Below are positions 55,985 to 64,000 of a stretch of DNA of 64,000 nucleotides, in pieces (position 1 is the stretch's first letter; each line of letters opens with the position of its first letter). The DNA comes from Methanocaldococcus indicus (GTDB lineage Archaea; AGJL01; Methanococci; Methanococcales; Methanocaldococcaceae), in contig NZ_CP186926.1 in the NCBI RefSeq assembly GCF_049554935.1, positions 1,088,001 to 1,152,000 on the forward strand. The letters are read 5' to 3'. The notes under the pieces are model-generated. The model ran no database searches. It worked only from the letters and a program-made list of their open reading frames with translations, and was not told the origin of the DNA. The position numbers were made by a program, and so were the translations under genes.

Positions 55985-56748
55985 ATTTCCATACCAAGGC
56001 GGTCTTATTTTAACAGTTATGAAAAAATATAATTTCAAAGTATGATATGAGATTTCCATACCGGGACGGTCTTATTTTAACATAAGTACGTGTTTGACTA
56101 TTGGGGAATTTGGCATAAATTTCCATACCGGGACGGTCTTATTTTAACTTTATACTTATTCCACAATTGGCTTATTTTTCTTTGATTTCCATACCGGGAC
56201 GGTCTTATTTTAACTGAATATCAACTATTTTTCCATTCAAATTCTCATAATCAATTTCCATACCGGGACGGTCTTATTTTAACTTTATGGAGAATGTATT
56301 CAATTGGTTGCACAAGCTTATTTCCATACCGGGACGGTCTTATTTTAACTGTAAATGAGTATGTTTTAAGCATATTGTTTTCAAATATTTCCATACCGGG
56401 ACGGTCTTATTTTAACTTGATATGTTCATATAAAAGCTCTTTATGCTCTTGAACAATTTCCATACCGGGACGGTCTTATTTTAACATAAGTATAATCAGT
56501 GTCAGTGTCATAATTAGTTCCGTCATTTCCATACCGGGACGGTCTTATTTTAACATAATGAAAAAAGTGAAGCTGAAAATAATGAAGCTAATTTCCATAC
56601 CGGGACGGTCTTATTTTAACGTTAATAAGTCAGAGGAAATTAAGCCAATTATATTTCCATACCGGGACGGTCTTATTTTAACTTAACTGCTTTATTGATT
56701 TCAAAATACACCAATTTAATTTCCATACCGGGACGGTCTTATTTTAAC
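55985..56748 (-). CRISPR. CRISPR array, 12 repeats / 11 spacers
   Basis: 30-bp repeat ATTTCCATACCGGGACGGTCTTATTTTAAC (+) starting at 55985 (degenerate), 56052, 56119, 56185, 56254, 56320, 56387, 56456, 56525, 56591, 56653, 56719; degenerate copy on the left and AT-rich leader on the right imply minus-strand transcription. Confidence 0.98.
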
Positions 56749-57200
56749 AGGAGGCACATTTTATACGTAATAATATAGCAACGTTCTCATATATAAGCTT
56801 TTTGGTACTAAAATTTTCGAAGGGTGGGTTTCCCTATTTATTTATATACCTTTGAACTTTTATAAAAATCTTTCTATTCCATATTTTTCAATTAAAAATT
56901 TTTTATATCTAAAAACTAAACCAATTTATCAGGGATTTTCAAATATTAAAGGAAACAACTTAAAACTCTAAAAAATCTCAATAAATTATATAATCTAAAT
57001 ATATAAAATATTAAAAATACAGACCCCCTCTGTATTTCCCCAAAAATCATTTAAATTAAAAATAAACAACTAAAATCCAATAAAATCAAAAAATAAAAAT
57101 TTTTAGCGTGATAATTGTTATCTGAATATATGGAAGTATATGCATTACCAACCAAAATATTTAAATAATAGTATTATTTATATAGTAAAGTTAGTTATTA
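56749..57200 (-). promoter_or_regulatory. CRISPR leader
   Basis: Non-coding AT-rich region next to the intact terminal repeat; minus-strand TATA-like AAAGCTTATATATG near 56788-56801. Confidence 0.7.
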
Positions 57201-57248
57201 AGTTAAACATCAAAATAAAAAAATAACATAAAATTTGGAGGGATAGTT

Positions 57249-57530
57249 ATGGAGTTGGATTATGAAAAATTTGAAAGAGCAGCAGAAATCTTTAAAGCAT
57301 TTGGAGACCCAACAAGATTAATGATTTTAAAGTTATTAGCAGATAATGGTAGTATGTGTGTTTGTAAAATAATAGAAGAGTTAAAAAAACCACAACCAAC
57401 AATTTCACATCACTTAAACATCTTAAAAAAAGCTGGAATTGTTAAAGCAAGAAAAGAAGGAACTTGGAACTACTACTACATAGTTAATGACAAAGTTAAA
57501 GAAATCATAAAATTAGTTGATGAATTATAG
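57249..57530 (+). CDS. ArsR/SmtB family transcriptional regulator
   Basis: FKAFGDPTRL.IL..L...MCVC...QPTISHHL..LK.AG. Confidence 0.93.
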   Translation: MELDYEKFERAAEIFKAFGDPTRLMILKLLADNGSMCVCKIIEELKKPQPTISHHLNILKKAGIVKARKEGTWNYYYIVNDKVKEIIKLVDEL

Positions 57531-57542
57531 ATAAAAATTTTT

Positions 57543-58403
57543 TTATTTTTTCAGCCCCGGGAAACCGCGGGGAACGAGCACTCCGGCGCGAGGAGTTCCC
57601 TTTGCTCCCCCGGGGCACATCTCCAATATACTCCTTGATAATCCTGTTTTTATAACATTTAAAAAGTAGTTGTTAAACCAGTAGTTTTTAAACTTTTTAA
57701 GAATATACTCACTATAATTATAATCTACATCTACTTTTGCCTCAATTAATATTAATCCTTCTGGAACTGCTGGAGGAGGACTTTCTTTATAGTTGTTAGA
57801 TAAGAGATTATCTATCCAACTTATAGGTTTTTCTTTTAAAGAAACTAAATTTAATGCTGAAACTATTTTCCTAACCATTTGCCATAAAAAGCTTTCTCCA
57901 ATAATATCAATAGTAATAAAAAATTCATTCTCTTTAATATCTATTTTGTATATTGTCCTTATAGGTGATTTTTCTTTACTTTTATCTTTCTTACAAAAGT
58001 TGTGAAAAGATTTAGTCCCTACTAATTTTTTAGCTCCTACTTTCATTAATTCAATATCTTGTCCAATTTTTGGTAAGATATATCTATAATGTCTATATTC
58101 AACTTTTGGTATTTCTTCTATTTCTTTATATCCCAATATCCAAATTCCAAAATTATTTAGTTTATAGTTGATATACTTTATAGTGTTTTCATTTATTTCT
58201 ATTTCATTATTAATATCTAAAACTACAAAATTACCCAGAGCAGATACTCCTTTATCAGTCCTACCTCCTGAATATACAATTTTTTTAGTTTTTAGTAGGT
58301 TAAGGTCTTCAAAAGTATCTAATATCTTATCACAAACTGTCTCCTTATGTGGTTGTTGTTGAAATGAATACCTCCCATCATAAGCAACTTTAAAGATATA
58401 CAT
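57543..58403 (-). CDS. truA: tRNA pseudouridine(38-40) synthase
   Basis: YDG, GRTDKGVSA, YRY, SFLWQMVRKIV, PEGL. Confidence 0.95.
   Translation of the reverse strand: MYIFKVAYDGRYSFQQQPHKETVCDKILDTFEDLNLLKTKKIVYSGGRTDKGVSALGNFVVLDINNEIEINENTIKYINYKLNNFGIWILGYKEIEEIPKVEYRHYRYILPKIGQDIELMKVGAKKLVGTKSFHNFCKKDKSKEKSPIRTIYKIDIKENEFFITIDIIGESFLWQMVRKIVSALNLVSLKEKPISWIDNLLSNNYKESPPPAVPEGLILIEAKVDVDYNYSEYILKKFKNYWFNNYFLNVIKTGLSRSILEMCPGGAKGTPRAGVLVPRGFPGLKK
57554..57622 (+). ncRNA. Box H/ACA pseudouridylation guide sRNA (single hairpin with K-turn)
   Basis: GC island: GCCCCGGG/CCCGGGGC lower stem, pocket AAACCGC/UUGCUCC, GGGGAAC/GUUCCCU upper stem, tandem GA pairs with 3-nt bulge, ACA at 57617-57619. 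Confidence 0.8.
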
Positions 58404-58409
58404 CTAATA

Positions 58410-59033
58410 TCAACCAAATGACTTAGCTATATTGTATGTTACAAAACCTTCAACTATTCCAGCTATTAAAAATAAAATAATTGAAAATAATAGGAGTTTA
58501 ATAGATTCTTTTAGATAATAGCTATTTCTATTAATAATAAACTGGATAACTCCATAATATAATAATATTCCTGCTGATACAGATAGTATTAAAGCTGGAA
58601 TTTCTATAACTCCATGAGGTAAAATTAGATAAATAAATGTCTTTTCTCCAAATTTGTAGAGAACATAAGAAAGTAAATAAGTATTTACAAGTAAGACAAA
58701 TAATGAAAAGAAACCTATTATATAGTTCATTAAACAAACTCTTAAATTATTTTTCCAGATAATAGATACAATTTCAAAGTTGTTCATATCCTTAGAAAAT
58801 CCTAAGTTTTTAACTTGTAGTTTAAAATTGTTAAATAATAAATCCCCAAAGTATGTGAATTTTGGAACAAATTCAATTAAAATATATGAAACAATAAAAC
58901 TTAAAATAAAAAATATAGAAACTCCTAAAATAACATTTTTATTTTTATAAACACTCCTAATAATTTCCCTAAAACTAAAAATTTCTTTTATAGTGTCAAT
59001 AATTTTCATTAAATTATATGCTTCATCTATCAT
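58410..59033 (-). CDS. SpoIIM-family membrane protein
   Basis: NN.RV, ILPHGVIEIPA, AGIVE. Confidence 0.88.
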   Translation of the reverse strand: MIDEAYNLMKIIDTIKEIFSFREIIRSVYKNKNVILGVSIFFILSFIVSYILIEFVPKFTYFGDLLFNNFKLQVKNLGFSKDMNNFEIVSIIWKNNLRVCLMNYIIGFFSLFVLLVNTYLLSYVLYKFGEKTFIYLILPHGVIEIPALILSVSAGILLYYGVIQFIINRNSYYLKESIKLLLFSIILFLIAGIVEGFVTYNIAKSFG

Positions 59034-59036
59034 TGT

Positions 59037-60245
59037 TTATCTACCAAGTTCTTGGTGTGCCTTACCTAAATGATGTGATGCCAAAGCCCCTAATAAAGAA
59101 AGTTCTCCAGCTAAAACAGCAGCTCCAACAATTTCAGCAAATTTTTTAACTTTATTATCTCCATAACATCCCATTATTTCTAAACACTCTCTTTGTGTTT
59201 CTACTCTTGTCCCTCCACCTATAGTAGCTAATGGTAAATCTGGTAGAGTTACTGAAAAATATAATCCATCTTCATCTACTTCTGCAATAGTTATACCTAA
59301 ACTGCCTTCTACTATATGAGCCTCATCTTGTCCAGTAGCTAAGAATATAGCCCCAACTATATTGGCATAGTGTGCATTAAACCCTAAACTATTACTTATA
59401 GCTGAACCTATATAATTTTTTAATCTATTTACTTCTGCTATTCTTTCAGGAGTTGTTTTTAAATATCTTTCTACTTCTTCTCTATTTAAAAAAACTTCTG
59501 CTACTACACTCTTACCTCTTCCCTCTATTATATTTATTCCAGCAGGTTTTTTATCTACACAGGCATTACCACTTACAGCTATCAACTCTATATCTATACC
59601 TTCTTTCCTTAATTCTTCAACAATAAAATTAGATGCCTCTTCTGTGGCAATAGTGGCCATATTCATTCCCATAGCATCTCCAGTAGTATAGCAAAATCTT
59701 GGATATATATATCTTCCAGCTATTAAAATAGGTTGAATTTTTATAAGTTTTCCATGTCTTGTTGTAGATTCAGCAACTTCCTTAATTCTATCAAAATTTT
59801 TTATAATCCATTCTTTAACTTTTATACAATCAACAACACTCTTTGTTTTAAAGCATGGTGCTCTTGTCATTTTATCTTCCAATATTCTTACAGTTGCCCC
59901 TCCACATTTTGTAATTATTGAGCAGCCTCTATTAACTGATGCTACTAATGCTCCCTCAGTTGTTGCTAATGGTATAAAAAATTCTCCTTTTGCATATTCA
60001 CCATTAACTTTTAATGGTCCAGCAAAACCAAGAGGAATCTGAATAGCTCCAATCATATTCTCTATATTCTTTTTAATAGCAAGTTCCTCATCAATTGAAT
60101 AGTGTTTTATATGCTCTAACTTTGTATTAGTTTTTATTTCTAAATATTTCCTTCTCAATTCAGTTGCTTTTTTATATCCAACCAGTTTATCTAACTGATA
60201 TGGCTTTATTTCTTTATTTAAAAGTTTTTTTAACATTTCATCCAT
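59037..60245 (-). CDS. hmgA: HMG-CoA reductase (class I, NADPH)
   Basis: ENMIG, ATTEGAL, DAMGMN, GQD.AH, GGGT, GELS. Confidence 0.97.
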   Translation of the reverse strand: MDEMLKKLLNKEIKPYQLDKLVGYKKATELRRKYLEIKTNTKLEHIKHYSIDEELAIKKNIENMIGAIQIPLGFAGPLKVNGEYAKGEFFIPLATTEGALVASVNRGCSIITKCGGATVRILEDKMTRAPCFKTKSVVDCIKVKEWIIKNFDRIKEVAESTTRHGKLIKIQPILIAGRYIYPRFCYTTGDAMGMNMATIATEEASNFIVEELRKEGIDIELIAVSGNACVDKKPAGINIIEGRGKSVVAEVFLNREEVERYLKTTPERIAEVNRLKNYIGSAISNSLGFNAHYANIVGAIFLATGQDEAHIVEGSLGITIAEVDEDGLYFSVTLPDLPLATIGGGTRVETQRECLEIMGCYGDNKVKKFAEIVGAAVLAGELSLLGALASHHLGKAHQELGR

Positions 60246-60251
60246 AAACTT

Positions 60252-61301
60252 TCACCTTAAAGCATACTCTAAAATCTCTCCAAATCTTGATTTTACCACT
60301 TCTCTTTTACCTAAAACTTTTGCATGTGCATCTAACTCAACAATTGCATAGTCATAAATCTCTTTTATTGGATAGTATGTCCTTGGTCCATCTGAAACAG
60401 CTATTTTTATAATACTACTATCTAACTCCTCAACTGGCAAAGCATGAGGAATTCCTGCAACTACAACAGCAGAAATATCTAATTTTTTTAAAATTTTGAT
60501 AGCATTCTCTCCTGTTATTGCATACTCATCTAATCCACCAATTATATAATCTGGCTTGAAAAATTTTAATATGTTTTTAGCATCATTCCTAACCTTTGGT
60601 AGTCCTTTATTTATATCTAAGTTTCCTAAATTTATACATTTAAAATATTTATTTAGGACAATTAAAGGATGAGCAAATAAATAAGAAGTTTCTTTTTTAG
60701 CATTTAAAACACATGCTATTTTTTTATCTTCTTCTTTTAACTCTTTTAAAACTTTAATAACTTCATCTAAATCATCTTCATAGCAAGGTTTAAGGTATCT
60801 ACTTTTAGCCATTCCTCTACTCTTTTCAAGTTCTGTAGCTTTCTCTAAAAGATACTTCTGCCTATTGAATTCCTCTTCATCAATTAATCCAATTTTTAGA
60901 GCTGATTCCATTGCTTTTATAGCTCCAATTGTATTATCTTCATAACCTCCATAAACCTCTACAGGAATTATTGTTGCCTCTTTATACTCATCAGCAATGC
61001 TCCATAAATCTTCTCCTATAATCATACTTGCACAAGTTCCAACTATTCCAATTAATGGATTTTCTTTTTTTAAGTAGTTGATAGCATAATCTAATGCATT
61101 TTTTAAGTTTTCATAAGCTCCAAAGACAACAGAATTCTCTGAAATTGAAGAAGTGAATACTCTTACACCATCTAACTCTAACAATCTTGCTGTCCTAAAA
61201 CAACATCCAGATGGTCCATGTATAATTATAGCATCTACTCCTAAATCTCTAAGCTGATACATTGCTCCTGCTATTGGAGAAGGCCTTGGATGAAAAATCA
61301 T
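60252..61301 (-). CDS. cfbD: Ni-sirohydrochlorin a,c-diamide reductive cyclase catalytic subunit (F430 synthesis, NflD)
   Basis: HPRPSPI, HGPSGCC, GTCASMIIGED, GGLDEY, DGPR. Confidence 0.93.
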   Translation of the reverse strand: MIFHPRPSPIAGAMYQLRDLGVDAIIIHGPSGCCFRTARLLELDGVRVFTSSISENSVVFGAYENLKNALDYAINYLKKENPLIGIVGTCASMIIGEDLWSIADEYKEATIIPVEVYGGYEDNTIGAIKAMESALKIGLIDEEEFNRQKYLLEKATELEKSRGMAKSRYLKPCYEDDLDEVIKVLKELKEEDKKIACVLNAKKETSYLFAHPLIVLNKYFKCINLGNLDINKGLPKVRNDAKNILKFFKPDYIIGGLDEYAITGENAIKILKKLDISAVVVAGIPHALPVEELDSSIIKIAVSDGPRTYYPIKEIYDYAIVELDAHAKVLGKREVVKSRFGEILEYALR

Positions 61302-61491
61302 AGTTGTATCCTCCAAAAAATTATTGTATAGTTGTAAAAGTAAATAATTGTTATTAAAAAATATATACTACCAGATATTTCCAGAAAGATATTATTTAAT
61401 CTATTTGAATAGTTTTAGAATCGTGTTATATTTATATTTGTATATTTTGCATAGTTAAAAACTATTAAAAATAATGCTTTAATTAATACAT

Positions 61492-62730
61492 ATGGTGATA
61501 ACTATGGGGCAGAAATTAACGAGACATAGTCTAATAATGATATTTTTTAGTTTATTAACAGCATTTTTTAACTATCTCTATCAACTTTTTATGGGAAGAT
61601 TATTAATTCCAGAAGATTACGGAATTTTATTTTCCTTAATAAATATTTTTTATATTTTTAGTGTTTTATCTGCAACGGTTCAAACTACTATTACAAAATA
61701 TACATCACAATTAAATGCAAAAAATCAACTTAATAAAATTTCCTATTTTTGGAGATATGCTTTAAAAAAATCTTTTATATTTGGAATAATAACAACAATT
61801 TTATTTTTTATAGTAACTCCCTTAATTTCTAATTATTTGCATTTATCTTCACCAATACCAGCGTTAATATTATTTTCGTCCCTGTTATTTGCTTATTCCT
61901 TGCCAACAAATCAGGGTATCTTACAAGGATTACAAAGATTTGTTCAATTAGGAATTACTCAGACATTATGGGCATTATTAAAGTTTATATTAGGTGTTTT
62001 ATTAGTTTATCTTGGTTTTAGTGTTAGTGGGGCGTTAGTGCCTTTTTTAGTAGCAAATATAATTATTTTTATTATTTCCTTTTATTTCCTAAAGGATTTA
62101 ATAAAAATAAAACCTGAAACATTTACAATTCCTAATCTTTATAAATATTCAACCTTAACTTTATTAGCATTATTGGCAAATACTACGTCATACTCAATAG
62201 ATACTATATTAGCAAAACACTATTTAACTGATTTTTTAGCGGGGATTTATTCCTCAGTTTCTGTATTAGGAAAAATAATTTTATTTGCTCCAGGAGGTGT
62301 AGCAGTAGTTTTATTTCCAAAAGCATCAGAACTAAAAGAAAAAGGGCTTAATCATTTCAATTTATTTATAAAGGCACTAATATTGACTGTTATATTAACT
62401 TTACCTACATTAATATTATTTAGACTTTTCCCAGAGCTAACTATAAAAATTATATTTGGAGAGAAATATTTAAAAGCAATACCATATTTATTTAAATATA
62501 GTTTAGCAATGTTTTTCTTTGCAATTTCTGGGTTGATTATGAACTATCTCATATCATTGGGGATAACAAGGATATCATACGCTCTAACTTTAACCTTAAT
62601 AATTGAAATCGTTGGAATTACTTTGTTCCATCAAAATATAAATCAAATAGTAAATGTTGTTTTAGTAGTATCAATGTTGTCTGTTATTGTTCAAATTCCA
62701 TTTTTATTAATAGTTAGAGGGAGAATATGA
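61492..62730 (+). CDS. Oligosaccharide flippase (Wzx/MATE-like)
   Basis: Many TM helices; RLL.PEDYG, LQG..RF, D..L..H, G.Y, LFP. Confidence 0.85.
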   Translation: MVITMGQKLTRHSLIMIFFSLLTAFFNYLYQLFMGRLLIPEDYGILFSLINIFYIFSVLSATVQTTITKYTSQLNAKNQLNKISYFWRYALKKSFIFGIITTILFFIVTPLISNYLHLSSPIPALILFSSLLFAYSLPTNQGILQGLQRFVQLGITQTLWALLKFILGVLLVYLGFSVSGALVPFLVANIIIFIISFYFLKDLIKIKPETFTIPNLYKYSTLTLLALLANTTSYSIDTILAKHYLTDFLAGIYSSVSVLGKIILFAPGGVAVVLFPKASELKEKGLNHFNLFIKALILTVILTLPTLILFRLFPELTIKIIFGEKYLKAIPYLFKYSLAMFFFAISGLIMNYLISLGITRISYALTLTLIIEIVGITLFHQNINQIVNVVLVVSMLSVIVQIPFLLIVRGRI

Positions 62731-64000
62731 ATATAAAAGAATTTAAAAAATATAAAATTCCAATAATTTATTTTATATTATCTTTAATAATCTTAATTCC
62801 AATTTCTTCAAATAAATATTTTTTTTTATTAGACACATTACCAAAGTTAAACAATCAAATTTTTATTATGCATTTTTATGGTTTTTTTGTCCCATCATAT
62901 GGAGGAACTCTACCCTTTGATATATTATCTAATTTAATTCCAGCAGATGTCTTTCAAAAATTACTATTATTATTTATACTATTTTTCAGTGGATTTTCAG
63001 CTTATTCATTAGCAAAGAAATTAACTAACTCAGAAGTTGGAAGTTTTTATGCAGGTATTTTGTATATGATTAATCCCTACACTTATATAAGAATAATAGT
63101 AGGTCATTGGCTTATTTTATTTGCATACAGCTTATTACCATTGGGAATAAAATACTTTATAGAGTTATTAGAAAATAGAGATAAAAGGTCCATTATAAAA
63201 GCAACATTAATAACTTCATTGATTGCTTTCAATGCACACACACTGTTCATGGCTTTCATGGCTTATGGTATAATATTAATCATAAAATTAGCAAGAGAAA
63301 AATCTATAAAGCTATTAAAACCTGTTGGTTTATTTTCAATATCATTTACAGTATTAAATCTCTACTGGTTAATACCATTACTAACAGCAAAGTCTTCGTC
63401 ATTGGTAAATTATATAACAATTCATGATTTGTATGTATTTGCTCCAAAGATTGATTCTTTCTCAGCATTATTTACATTGGCGAGTATGTATGGATTTTGG
63501 AGACCGGCTTATACTTATGCAAAAGATTACCTCCCATTTTGGGAAATACTTTTTGTTATAATCTTCTTCCTCTCAATTCATGGATTTATAAGCTACTATA
63601 AAAACAAAAAAGTTAATATTTACATAATATCATTTGCTCTTATTTGGCTAACTGGATTATTATTTGCTACAGGTGTAACAGGACCTTTCAAAGATATATT
63701 TCAATTTCTTTTTGACAACATATTTATTCTAAAAGGGATGAGGGATACTCATAAATTTGTTACCTTGATAGCTTTATCCTACTCAATTTTAGGAGCGTTT
63801 GGATTAAAAGAGATAATTGAAAATATAAAATCAGATAAAATAAAAAAAGCCGTAGTAGTTTTCTTTATTTTAGTCCCTCTAATTTATTCATTTACATTCT
63901 TTAACGCCTTTGATAATCAAATTAAACCTACTGACTATCCAAAAGATTGGTATCAAGTAAATACATTCTTAAATAAAGATAAAGATGATTTTAACATCCT
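62727..64000 (+). CDS. Polytopic membrane protein, GT-C-fold glycosyltransferase-like (partial, runs off window)
   Basis: ATG at 62727 overlaps the flippase stop; translates MNIKEFKKYKIPIIYF...AGILYMINPYTYIRIIVGHW..FAYSLLP...; absent from the ORF track, probably because it has no stop in the window. Confidence 0.65.
   Translation, partial: MNIKEFKKYKIPIIYFILSLIILIPISSNKYFFLLDTLPKLNNQIFIMHFYGFFVPSYGGTLPFDILSNLIPADVFQKLLLLFILFFSGFSAYSLAKKLTNSEVGSFYAGILYMINPYTYIRIIVGHWLILFAYSLLPLGIKYFIELLENRDKRSIIKATLITSLIAFNAHTLFMAFMAYGIILIIKLAREKSIKLLKPVGLFSISFTVLNLYWLIPLLTAKSSSLVNYITIHDLYVFAPKIDSFSALFTLASMYGFWRPAYTYAKDYLPFWEILFVIIFFLSIHGFISYYKNKKVNIYIISFALIWLTGLLFATGVTGPFKDIFQFLFDNIFILKGMRDTHKFVTLIALSYSILGAFGLKEIIENIKSDKIKKAVVVFFILVPLIYSFTFFNAFDNQIKPTDYPKDWYQVNTFLNKDKDDFNI

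Noticed and set aside
57554-57622. GC-rich segment considered as a tRNA or SECIS
   Set aside because: No cloverleaf or TTC loop and no adjacent in-frame UGA selenoprotein; fits H/ACA architecture instead

Overview
AT-rich archaeal chromosome segment. Gene content (mptA, gch3, cimA, cfbD, ADP-PFK, rpo4, rpl14e/21e/34e, KlbA-type intein, Methanocaldococcus-type CRISPR repeat) points to a hyperthermophilic methanogen of the Methanocaldococcaceae. Most of the window is housekeeping: pilus assembly, cofactor synthesis, a phosphate-scavenging cluster, translation, a glycogen cluster and isoprenoid synthesis. The main accessory element is an ~11.5 kb island (40649-52175) bounded by a perfect 43-bp direct repeat that duplicates the 3' end of a pilin-like gene. 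The island carries a tightly coupled nine-gene operon: 2-hydroxyacyl-CoA dehydratase-like protein, its ATPase activator, GNAT acetyltransferase, TGT/DpdA-like base-exchange enzyme, unknown protein, small P-loop protein, large BrxC/PglY-like ATPase, minimal PglZ and HerA-like ATPase. It looks like a BREX-like defence system in which a guanine-transglycosylase module replaces the methyltransferase (inference). Also present: a 703-bp IS6 element with TIRs and TSD, a 12-repeat CRISPR array, a K-turn H/ACA guide RNA antisense to the 3' end of truA, an RBS-sequestering hairpin before rpl14e, and a 36-bp element duplicated upstream of the alkaline phosphatase gene and pstS. All family assignments come from motif recognition by eye; no database searches were run.
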